From Macrostomum lignano (lineage: Eukaryota), in contig NIVC01002768.1 of NCBI GenBank assembly GCA_002269645.1, forward strand, positions 78,180-142,179: DNA of 64,000 nucleotides, written 5' to 3'. Of this stretch, positions 25,353-35,604 are shown piece after piece (position 1 is the first letter of the stretch; each line of letters starts with the position of its first letter). The translations under genes and the position numbers were made by a program. Below the pieces are notes generated by a model that was not told where the DNA came from, made no database searches, and was given only the letters and a program-made list of their open reading frames with translations.

Positions 25353-26437
25353 TAGATCAGGCAAACTTTTTTACTTCAAAAACCAGATACCAAAAACCAG
25401 ATACCAGATTACTTCAAAAACCTGCAGCCATAACCTTAGCTTATGGCTGCGGGCCAGATTAGAGCAGAAAGGAAAGGAAATAGAGAGGGAGAGAAGTGCA
25501 AAGAGATGAGATGAGAGAGACGAGGAGAGGAGATGATAAGAGTAGAGTGGAGAGAAGAGAAAGGAGTGGAGATGGGAGAAAAGAGAGAAGAGGGAAGAGA
25601 AGAGAAAAGAGAGAAGAGGGAAGAGAGGAGAGAAGAGAAAAGAGAGAAGGGGGGAGAGAGGAGAGGAGAGAAAAGAGAGAAGAGGGGAGAGAAGAGAAAA
25701 GAGAGAAGAGGGGAGAGAGGAGAGAAGAGAAAAGAGAGAAGAGGGAAGAGAGGAGAGAAGAGAGAAGAGGGGAGAGAGGAGAGGAGAGAAAAAGAGAGAA
25801 GAGGGGAGAGAAGAGAAAAGAGAGAAGAGGGGAGAGAGGAGAGGAGAGAAAAGAGAGAAGAGGGAAGAGAGGAGAGAAGAGAAAAGAGAGAAGAGGTAAG
25901 AGAAGAGAGAAGAGAAAAAGAGAGAAGAGGGGAGAGAAGAGAAAAGAGAGAAGAGGGAAGAGAGGAGAGAAGAGAAAAGAGAGAAGAGGGGAGAGAGGAG
26001 AGGAGAGAAAAAGAGAGAAGAGGGGAGAGAAGAGAAAAGAGAGAAGAGGGGAGAGAGGAGAGGAGAGAAAAAGAGAGAAGAGGGGAGAGAAGAGAAAAGA
26101 GAGAAGAGGGGAGAGAGGAGAGGAGAGAAAAGAGAGAAGAGGGAAGAGAGGAGAGAAGAGAAAAGAGAGACGAGGGAAGAGAGGTGAGAAGAGAAAAGAG
26201 AGACGAGGGAAGCTGAGAAGAGAGAAGAGAAAAAGAGAGAAGAGGGGAGAGAAGAGAAAAGAGCGGAGAGGGGAGAAAGGAGAGAAGAGAAAAGAGAGAA
26301 GAGGGGAAAGAGGAGAGAAGAGGTGAGAGAGGAGAGACGAGAGCTTGAGCGGGCCGGTTGGCTGTTTTGAAGTTTCAAAAAACCCGAGGGGCGTATAGAG
26401 ACGCTTTGCGGGCCAGATTTTGCCGACTCTGCCCAGA
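25353..26437. mobile_element. hAT/Charlie-like MITE with expanded GA-rich core
   Basis: Ends CAGGCAAACTTTTTTAC... and ...GCGGGCCAGATTTTGCCGACTCTG, with a purine low-complexity tract at about 25480-26340. Confidence 0.7.
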
Positions 26438-27183
26438 TGGTTCGCTCAACTATATTTACGAGTACTTAGCAAAACTAACCTCTGTTTGGTAGTATGCCCC
26501 TGGTGCCATGATTATTTTTACCTGTCATCTACTTTATTTTTCCTATGCACAGCTAGAATAACTTAGCACTCTAAAACCAATAATCTATTGTCCAAAAACT
26601 GTTTTGAGCGTACACCACATACGCCTTGGGAGTGTGGCGCAGGTCTATGCAGGAAGTTTCTATAGCAACGCCCGCCCCCCCTCCCGACAGACAGTTCCAC
26701 GGCTCTCATTGGCACGCCTTTGTTGCTTAGACCTCTCAGCTGGATTTGATTGAGACTGTATGGAATGCTCTGTACAGAGGGAGACGTGTGACAGTCTAAG
26801 TACAATGGGTTAGAACTATGACGGTGCCTTACTGCTTTCGAGATTAAACCAGGTTGTCAGATTAACAAAAGAATAGTTGAAACTCACGCTGCTCTCTCAA
26901 CTGTGACAGTGAGTGCACAACCATGATGAAGCATTCCGGTTTGGACCGGTTTTGTCTGTCATTCAAATCGGATGAGCTGTACAGCAATAAACACTGAGAG
27001 TACAGTGTATGCCATGTCCACACTGTACACTCAGCCTATGTACATGCGTACTCTTTCATCAACAAGATAAAACAGCTTCGCGAGCGCATAAAAGAACAAG
27101 ACCACAAAACTGACATCTTCCAGCTTAATTAAACTCGTACAGCTCTGAGCTAAAAAGTGGGAGAAAACCCTTTGAATACTGAT

Positions 27184-28092
27184 ATGGGAAAAGTGAAAGT
27201 GCACGTTGTTTACTGGTAAGCTCTGGCAAGAGTTCACTGTTTCTTTGTAACTGAATCTAGGGGGGGGGGGCGTAGCCCAGTGGTCTGGCGCGGCGCTCTG
27301 ATGTGCCAGCGGCCCAGGCTCGATTCCAAGTGCAGTCACATTAATTTGGGGCTGAATTGGAATCTCGGCTTGGCTCTGCTCGTGCAGTTAACGGCCTCGA
27401 GGGCCAACCCCCAAGGCACAGTGAAGTGTACATGCCTAACGATACATAAAGTTAGGGCCGCTGTACACTCCTGTGTGAGTGTGTGCCTGTGCGTATGACT
27501 GCGTACGTATCCGCGCGCTTGTGTGCCTGCTCAGGGGAGTCGGCGGAATGGGCAGCAATGCCTCTCGCCGGTTGTGCGACAATGTCGCTTGAAGTGCGCC
27601 AAGGTTTAAATCACCATAGTGCTTTCATAAATCCACACCACGCAGATGGTGCTGTTAAAACGCGTTAAACTTATAGAAGCTTTCAGAAATATTCTTAGAA
27701 ATGAACCATATTAATTTAATCAACTTTTGGCCAGATTGAATTCGCGCCACATTTGCTGGCAAATTCATAGAAAATAGCTAGCAGTTTGATCATCGAAGAT
27801 TCCAAGAAACCAACTTCATCTCAACCCCAAATTGAATTCGCGCCACTGCAGCGGCGCCTGAGGCTACGGCGGCCGGTTCAGGCGGTTCCAGCAGGACCTG
27901 CTGGGCCGTCTGGGCGCCGAGGCCGCCAGCCAGCTCGAGGTGTCCGGCGAGGCCACGAAGACGCAGACGGGCAAATTCGAGGTGACAATCGATGGAGTCG
28001 AAGCGTTTTCAAAGCTGCGCCAGGGCCGCTTCCCGGAGATCAATGACGTCTGGCCGGCGGTTGAGGCCGCCCTGAAGAAGCAGCAGAAATAG
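27184..28092 (+). CDS. SELENOW: Selenoprotein W-like (Rdx family, CxxU), copy 1, 90 aa
   Basis: Exons 27184-27215 (MGKVKVHVVY-C, TG|GTAAG) and 27852-28092 (CTGCAG|C GGC GCC TGA GGC TAC). Protein MGKVKVHVVYCGAUGYGGRF...TGKFEV...FSKLRQGRFPE...; Sec UGA at 27859-27861; SECIS downstream. Confidence 0.93.
27263..27520 (+). mobile_element. tRNA-derived SINE in the SelW1 intron
   Basis: A-box TAGCCCAGTGG at 27273-27283 and B-box GGCTCGATTCC at 27317-27327. Body GGGCCAACCCCCAAGG...GTGTACATGCCT is shared with 49.8-49.98 kb. Confidence 0.75.
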
Positions 28093-28221
28093 GAGTAGAA
28101 CAATTAAATCGCCTGGCTGCGGCTGAAGTCGCTTCTCTTCTTGAACTGCTTGGCTTAACGAACTTTTTCTATACCTAGTATATATATCTGCACTTTTGCG
28201 GGCCCCTCTTCCAAAGTCCCA

Positions 28222-28296
28222 TTAGACGGTAACCATGACGACCAGGGCAGTAAAAGCCACTCAGGTGGCTGAGCCCACGGTCCGAAATCGGCGGCT
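28222..28296 (+). promoter_or_regulatory. SECIS element (form II) of SelW1
   Basis: ATGA at 28235-28238, helix GACC/GGTC and GGGC/GCCC, unpaired AAAA at 28252-28255, apical mini-helix GCCAC-TCAG-GTGGC, CGAA at 28283-28286. Confidence 0.9.
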
Positions 28297-28619
28297 CTAA
28301 ACGGACCGCCACCTCGAGTGGGAAGTTGGGGAGAGCCCCGAAGGGTCACCTGGAAAACAAGACAACAAAACGTTTTGCCGCTTTTTTAGACTATTTGTAA
28401 TGGAAAATCTAAAAAACTACTTTGAAAAAATTAAATCATAAATTGGTCTGGATATCTGCTTTTTATGAAGCACTTGGTCACGTGCAACTATACTATTATT
28501 ATATACTCGGTGTTGAACCCCACTTTTGAGCAATGAGTACTTTAGACCGATATAGTGAAACCAATGCTTTGTTTCGGGGGCGATTATTTCTGCTACTTTT
28601 TTGTCTCTAAATGCAGTTT

Positions 28620-29482
28620 ATGTTCAATACAGTTTGTCGGAGATACAGACTACAATTCCCAAAGAGGAAGAGTGCATCAATTCGAGGATCAGCTCGATTT
28701 GCAGATTCTTTTCGTCATAAAACTGACACAGCCGGGAGCACGGGAGCACTGGAGCACTGGACAAGCTTGTTGCTGTTGCGGCGAGTGTCGGCCTGGTGGT
28801 CAACACGCAGAAGACCGTCGTGCTCTGCGTGCCGGACGACATCGAGGCTGCGATTTTGTGCCGAGGCGCTGATGGGCAGGCTTCCGCTTTGTCAGCAGTT
28901 CGTCTACCTCGGCGGTCTGGTTCCCGGCGTCCGCGAGGATCTGCGGCGTCGCCGCGGGCTTGCCTGGGCTCCCTTTCGTTCTGTTAGGGCAGTCCTGCAG
29001 TCCGAGGCCTTACCTGACCGCCAGAGGGCGGCGTTGTTTCAGGAGGTGATCGAGACCGGTCCTGCTGTACAACGCCGAGACCTGGACGCTGACGGAGTCG
29101 CTCGAGCAACATGTTGACGCGACGCCCGCTGGCCTGCTGCGCGCGGCCTTCAAGATCGGCTTCGAGCGAGCGACCAACGCGCCTTTGTATCGCCGCGCCG
29201 GCCTGGTCCGTCCAAGCGACCTGTTGCGGCGTCGGCGACTCCAGCTGGCAGGCCACATCATCCGCGCCGAGTCGTACTGCCCAGAGCCGGTGCAGGAGGT
29301 GCTGCTGCTAACGCTGCAGGCACCCTACCGGCGGGGGCAGGCCCGCACTCGGCATTTCGTCGATTGCCTACTGGCTGACGCCGGCGCCCCGGACTCGGCC
29401 GGCGGCGGGGCGTTCATTCGCGACCTGGCCTTAGGGCGCGCCCTATGACGCTAACTGCGTATTCTGTTGTTGTTTTTGTTAG
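28620..29482 (+). mobile_element. 5'-truncated, frameshifted RTE-like non-LTR retrotransposon (RT C-terminus)
   Basis: Degenerate FADD (RFADS), GLVVNTQKT, FVYLG, LLYNAETWTL, RRRRLQLAGHIIR spread over several frames, with a short TTG-rich tail. Confidence 0.88.
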
Positions 29483-29560
29483 GAGGACGAGAAATCACGC
29501 GCTGGATGAGTGATTGGAAAATTCCAGCACTGGACAGCTGGTTGCGCTCGCGGTGAGGAC

Positions 29561-29600
29561 CACAGATACTAAATACTAAATACAGTATTTAGTATCTGTG
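29561..29600. mobile_element. 40-bp TIR-only element
   Basis: Perfect 17-bp inverted repeats CACAGATACTAAATACT / AGTATTTAGTATCTGTG, 6-bp spacer, exact 8-bp direct repeat GTGAGGAC on both sides. Confidence 0.8.
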
Positions 29601-29721
29601 GTGAGGACTATAACAATGCGAGCCTTCACTGCAACAAGAGACAGTTGTCGGGCTTCCTACCGCGTTTTTGACGAAGATTTGAGTTCTTGCGAGCTCTGGA
29701 TAGAGTTAAGACTTGAGATAG

Positions 29722-29755
<34 letters not shown>

Positions 29756-29935
29756 CTGCACTGTTAGGCATGTACACAGCTATGAGTGTACAGTTTATTG
29801 TCCAGCTTCTGCTGCTCTTACTCTGGTAAAAAAGCCAATGGGTTGATGAGAAAAGTTTGTCTGCTTAGCAAATTGTTATAATTGTAGAAGACAGCAACAA
29901 GTTCATCAACTCAGCAGCAATAACGAATTATAGCA

Positions 29936-31122
29936 ATGGGAAAGGTCAGAATTCACGTAGTCTATTGGTGAGTTCTTGTGCACTATACGGTAGTACCAGA
30001 AACTGACTCACCGAATGAGTCAATCTGTTCATTCTTTCTCATGTCGAATTAGTGCCAGTTTCTTAGAAGCTGACCAATCGGGTCATTACAAATCAAATCC
30101 CTATCGGGTCGGTTTCTTAGAAACTGACCGATAGTCTCAATTTAGCTCAAGTAGCAATTGGTGCCGGTTTCTTAGAAACTGACTGATTGTCTCAATTTAG
30201 CTCAAGTAGCAATTGGTGCCGGTTTCTTAGAAACTGACTGATTGTCTCAATTTAGCTCAAGTAGCAATTGGTGCCGGTTTCTTAGAAACTGACTGATTGT
30301 CTCAATTTAGCTCAAGTAGCAATTGGTACCGGTTTCTTAGAAACTGACTGATTGTCTCAATTTAGCTCCAGTAGCAATTGGTGCCGGTTTCTTAGAAACT
30401 GACTGATTGTCTCAATTTAGCTCAAGTAGCAATTGGTGCCGGTTTCTTAGAAACTGACTGATTGTCTCAATTTAGCTCAAGTTGCAATTGGTTCCGGTTT
30501 CTTAGAAACTGACTGATTGTCTCAATTTAGCTCAAGTAGCAATTGGTTCCGGTTTCTTAGAAACTGACTGATTGTCTCAATTTAGCTCAAGTAGCAATTG
30601 GTGCCAGTTTCTTAGAAACCTATACTACTGTTCAGCTGATTGTTCAATCAAGCTTAAATGTAACAATATCTGTTTGTGTTTTTATTAGTCAGCCAATCGG
30701 GGTCATTCTCGAATGGTTCAAATCCGCGCCAGTTTCTTAGAAACCAAGAAATCGGCCCATACTCGCTTTAAGTAGCAATCAGTGTTAGTTCCTTAGAAAC
30801 TGCATGTAAAACGTTTATTCTTAACGTCTTACTCTTCCCAATCAACACAATCTGCACCACCTGCAGCGGCGCCTGAGGCTACGGCGGCCGGTACAGGCGG
30901 CTAAAGCAGGACCTGTTTGGCCGCTTTGGCACCGGCGCCGCCAGACATCTTGAGGTGACGGGCGAGGCAACAAAGATGCAGACAGACAAATTCGAGGTGA
31001 CTGTTGAAAGAGTTGAGACATTTTCCAAGCTGCGCGAGGGCCGCTTTCCGGAGATTGATGACATCTGGCCCACGGTGGAGGCGGCTTTGCAGAAGCAGCA
31101 ACAGCAGCAGCAGCCGACTTAG
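29936..31122 (+). CDS. SELENOW: Selenoprotein W-like, copy 2, 95 aa, poly-Q tail
   Basis: Exons 29936-29967 (MGKVRIHVVY-C, TG|GTGAGT) and 30867-31122. CGAUGYGGRY with UGA at 30874-30876; DKFEV, FSKLREGRFPE; SECIS downstream. Confidence 0.92.
30055..30800. repeat. 55-bp minisatellite in the SelW2 intron
   Basis: Unit CCGGTTTCTTAGAAACTGACTGATTGTCTCAATTTAGCTCAAGTAGCAATTGGTG, 10 copies in exact register plus degenerate flanking copies. Confidence 0.95.
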
Positions 31123-31204
31123 AAATATTGACCATCGGGACTCACTTTTTAACAACTCCCCCCCCCCTAATCTCATTCGGTCTCTCGTCCGAAGTCCCGA
31201 CCGC

Positions 31205-31285
31205 CAGACGGTAACCATGACGACCGGAGCATTTAAAAGTCGCTCCGGCGGCTGCGCTCACGCGGTCTGAAACCGAACGGGGAAT
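31205..31285 (+). promoter_or_regulatory. SECIS element (form II) of SelW2
   Basis: ATGA at 31217-31220, GACCG/CGGTC and GAGC/GCTC pairing, AAAA at 31235-31238, mini-helix GTCGC-TCCG-GCGGC, TGAA at 31268-31271. Confidence 0.9.
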
Positions 31286-31909
31286 TCGGCAAGGAGGCTG
31301 AGATGAGAGAGGTATGATTTTTTTCTATTGTAAAATACACTTATAATTCTCTGCTGATACAGGGATAGACAAAAATTGCTCGTTTAGGAAGTCGCTTTTT
31401 CACTGAAAAAAATAAGTCAATGCTAGCATGTCTGTATTCTCGTAGTTAGTTCGTTTTTGCAGAGAAACTTTAGGGACTGTGCCGCAAATCAAGAGAGCGA
31501 CATTCGACCCGCACGCAAGCCTGTGAGGAGTCAAGCAGTCATGCTCAAAGCACAATGGATGTTATCTACACGCGGGTTTGGCCTCCAAAGTTTCTGGGCC
31601 AAGTTTTCGTACAGAAATCTCAAATTAATGGGGCCGCGCTACGGATTGAATGTAGGTACGAGCTAGTTTGACGAGAGAGTCCTGACAGGCCATTCTGCCC
31701 CATGCTAGACACAAAAAACCAATGTGATAATTCAACAAAAAATAGGCGAACTCTTTAAAAAAATATTTTCAAACGTTTCGGCCTGAATGGACGATTAGCC
31801 ATATGTATTCAATATGACGCTTAAGTACAAAGGTGCAGAGACGGATACAGTGGAGGGTAAGAGTGCAATGCTGATGCAATCGCGCAGAAAATATTGGGGG
31901 GGGGGCTGG

Positions 31910-32530
31910 GGCAGACTGGAAGGGTGAAGTCTGAGAAAATGGGGTGTGGGCTGCACTGGGCAGAGAAAATTGGGGTGTCTGGTGCAGACTGGAAGGGGGA
32001 AGTGTGAGGAAATGGGGTGTGGGCGGCACTGGGCAGAGAAAATTGGGGTGTCTGGTGCAGACTGGAAGGAGGGAGTGTGAGAAAATGGGGTTGTGGGTGA
32101 CACTGGGGAGAGAAAATTGGGGGTCGGGGGGCAGACTGGAAGGGAGGGAATGTAAGGAAATGGGGTGTGAGCTGCACTGGGCAGAGAAAATTGGGGTGTC
32201 TGGTGCAGACTGGAAGGGGGAAGTGTGAGGAAATGGGGTGTGGGCGGCACTGGGCAGAGAAAATTGGGGTGTATGGGATAGACTGGAAGGGGGAAGTGTG
32301 AGGAAATGGGGTGTGGGCGGCACTGGGCAGAGAAAATTGGGGTGTCTGGGATAGACTGGAAGGAGGGAGTGTGAGAAAATGGGGTTGTGGGTGACACTGG
32401 GGAGAGAAAATTGGGGGTCGGGGGGCAGACTGGAAGGGAGGGAGTGTAAGGAAATGGGGTGTGAGCTGCACTGGGCAGAAAAAATTGGGGTGTCTGGTGC
32501 AGACTGGAAGGGGGAAGTGTGAGAAAGTGA
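31910..32530. repeat. ~73-bp G-rich minisatellite
   Basis: GGGCAGAGAAAATTGGGGTGTCTGGTGCAGACTGGAAGGGGGAAGTGTGAGGAAATGGGGTGTG-type units, about 8 copies. Confidence 0.9.
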
Positions 32531-32554
32531 AGTGTGGGATACACTTTGCGAAGC

Positions 32555-34854
32555 CTAGTCGTCCTCGACATCGTCTGTTTCCGGCACTCGGCCGGTGATT
32601 GGTGCCGGCTGCTTGATGCCGGTGGACGAGTAGGTGGTGAGCGCGTACACCAGGCTGTACGGCTCGGCATGCGGGACCGCCAGCCGGCTGAAGTGCACCC
32701 TGTAGCAGCTGGCAGGCACCACTACGGCCTGGCCGGCTGACAGCACCACACTCCTGTTGCCATGGTTACCGGGACAGCAGGCCGACTTGTGCGACAAAGT
32801 GACTCTCAGGACTCCATGCAGGCCCATCAGCACCACCTGCCCGTTGAACTCGCTCAGTTCGCCGATGTACTTGTCCTCAGCTGACCCCGGTTCGCCGGCC
32901 AACAAGTAGAATCCCCTGGCCAGGCCGATCTCCGAGTCCGGCACGATGAAGGGCGGGCGTGGCACCAGCTTGCGCACCGCTCTGATGGCTGACATGTGGC
33001 CGAAGATCCAGGACACCAGCTCGACATTGGCGGGCGGCACCTCCGACTGCAGCAGCTCCGACAGAGTCGACGGGCCGCCGGCAGGCACCGAGGCAACGCG
33101 GTTGGAGCCGGCGCTTACCTCGGACCAGGCTTCCAGCACCTGGGATTGGCGTGACGCCAGCTTTTTCTTATTGGCAGCCTAGATTAGCAATCCACTCTAC
33201 TCCTTCATTGGTGTAGGCTAGATTAGCAATCCATTCTTCATTAATGCAGGCTAGATTAGCAATCCATTCTATTTTTCAGTGATGTAGGCTAGATTAGCAA
33301 TCCATTCTATCCCTCATTGATGCAGGCTAGATTTGCAATCCATTCTATTCCTTTATTGATTTAGGCTAGATTTGCAATCCATTCTATTCCTTCATTGATT
33401 TAGGCTAGATTAGCAATCCATTCTATTTTTCAGTGATGTAGGCTAGATTAGCAACCCATTCTACTCTTCCATTGATATAGGCTAGATTAGCAATCCATTC
33501 TATTCCTTCATTGATGCAGGCTAGATTTGCAATCCATTCTATTCCTTTATTGATTTAGGCTAGATTTGCAATCCATTCTATTCCTTCATTAATTTAGGCT
33601 AGATTAGCAATCCATTCTATTCCTTCATTGATGCAGGCTAGATTAGCGATCCATTCTATTCCTTTATTGATTTAGGTTAGATTAGCAATCCATTCTATTC
33701 CTTCATTGATGCAGGCTAGATTAGCAATCCATTCTATTCCTTTATTGATTTAGGCTAGATTAGCAATCCATTCTATTCCTTTATTGATTTAGGCTAGATT
33801 AGCAATCCATTCTATTTTTCAGTGATGTAGGCTAGATTAGCAATCCATTCTATCCCTCATTGATGCAGGCTAGATTTGCAATCCATTCTATTCCTTTATT
33901 GATTTAGGCTAGATTTGCAATCCATTCTATTCCTTCATTGAATTAGGCTAGATTAGCAATCCATTCTATTTTTCAGTGATGTAGGCTAGATTAGCAACCC
34001 ATTCTACTCTTCCATTGATATAGGCTAGATTAGCAATCCATTCTATTCCTTTATTGATTTAGGCTAGATTAGCAATCCATTCTATTCCTTTATTGATTTA
34101 GGTTAGATTAGCAATCCATTCTATTCCTTTATTGATTTAGGTTAGATTAGCAATCCATTCTATTCCTTCATTGATGCAGGCTAGATTAGCGATCCATTCT
34201 ATTCCTTTATTGATGCAGGCTAGATTAGCAATCCATTCTATTCCTTTATTGATTTAGGCTAGATTAGCAATCCATTCTACCATACACCGAACCCACCGTT
34301 CTGCGCAGCTCCGCAAAGCTGACGGGCCGGTGGCCGCTGTCGATGACATGAAACGGCACAATGTGCCGATCGATGGAGCGCCGGTAAGCGGCCCGGCCCG
34401 CTTCATTGTTCAAAGCTACTCTGGGAATTTTTTTCAGCTTCTGACAGCCGCAGCAGAGCTCTGGCTCTCTGTAGAACGGATTTGGCACCAGGCAGGCCTC
34501 CCGGTCGCGGCTGTGCAGAAACTCGGACTTGTACGCACCCAGCTGCACCGACAGCCATCGGTAAGACTTCAGGTAGACCAAATTCAGGTAGGACAGAGCC
34601 CGGCCGGTGCGGACAGAATTCGACACGGTGGGGAAGCTGTTTTCCAAGCAGCGCAGGCTCACAGAGGCGAAGGCCCACAGAATCAGTAGGCGGCACACAA
34701 GCCAAGCGAGTCGGCCCAGAGTCCCGCTGTCTGCACCTCTGCTGCTCTGCTGTCGCTTGTGCAACTGCCGAAGCAGCTCCTGGCACTGCTCAGCGGGCAC
34801 CGGGTCTGCCAGGTGCTGGCTCACGAGCTCAACTGCCCGTCGATCGCGCTGCAT
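32555..34854 (-). CDS. C6orf89/BRAP-like type II membrane protein, paralog B (~393 aa)
   Basis: Proposed exons 34854-34297 (ACG|GTGGGT) and 33178-32555 (CTAATCTAG|GCT). N-terminal TM segment, CLVPNPF..LCCGC, WIFGHMSAIRAVRKLVPRP, cupin-like C-terminus. Family assigned from remembered motifs; the junction is less certain. Confidence 0.65.
33179..34280. repeat. 39-bp minisatellite filling the paralog-B intron
   Basis: Unit GGCTAGATTAGCAATCCATTCTATTCCTTTATTGATTTA and variants, about 28 copies. Confidence 0.95.
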
Positions 34855-35289
34855 TGTTGCTATGCTGCTTGAGCTTTGCTTGCCTGTGGCTAGGGTGGCT
34901 CTGCCGAGCTCGTGGCTGGCAATTAGAATACTCTCGTTGGCTGCTTTTATGATGAGGCTTTTGTCTATTGTGCTGCCTCCCCTCGGGGCGGGGGGAGCGT
35001 GGCACGTGTTACAGCTCGCGATGGCTGTGGCTCATGGATTCTCCTAGCATGGCATGGCGAGTTATGAAAATGGTGCCTCAACGCTGTGTCTGTCACTAAA
35101 ATGAATTCGTTCTCTTTCCCAGGTGTCTCTCATTTTACGCTCGTACCTGGACAGATCTTGAGCAGAATAAGCGCATGAGTAATCATCTGAATTCTTATGT
35201 TTCATAACAGTTTATTATTTTTGCAGATTTAGTGTGCGCAGCAAGATTTTGTTGTTTTTCTTCAAAATATTAGCTAGCAAACATTTAAA

Positions 35290-35590
35290 AGCAAAGGGAA
35301 ATCCCTTGGAGTTGGTATCGGTGAGCGCAGTCTCAGCTTTAAAAATACCTGGTTTTGGGTAAGAGGAATCCCTGCTTAAATCTCCTGTTTGTAATATCGC
35401 CGAAAAGAGGGATTCCAGAGGGGAATTCCAACCTTGATGACCTCTAGTTGGCGGTAGAGGGAATCTCAACCTTGTTGATTTCTATTTTGGGGGAAAAGGA
35501 AATCCCAACCTTGATGACTTCTAGTTTGGGGGAAAGGGAAATCCCAACCTTGATGACCTCTAGTTTGGGGAAAATGGAAATCCCAGACTC
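35290..35590. repeat. Degenerate ~40-bp repeat rich in GGGAAATCCC motifs
   Basis: GGAAATCCCAACCTTGATGACCTCTAGTTTGGGG-type units, 4-5 copies. Confidence 0.75.
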
Positions 35591-35604
35591 AAAATAGCCT
35601 AAGC

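Noticed and set aside
25371-26378. Arg/Glu/Lys-rich and Leu/Ser/Phe-rich ORFs (also 62751-63426 and 58729-58917)
   Set aside because: Translations of GA low-complexity tracts inside MITEs.
27263-27335. Possible tRNA gene (or tRNA-Sec) inside the SelW1 intron
   Set aside because: A and B boxes are present but no acceptor stem pairs, and the sequence continues into a body shared with dispersed copies, as in a SINE.
30055-30800. CRISPR-like appearance of regular repeats with a palindromic core
   Set aside because: Head-to-tail units without unique spacers, eukaryotic context, no cas genes. The same applies to every other array here.
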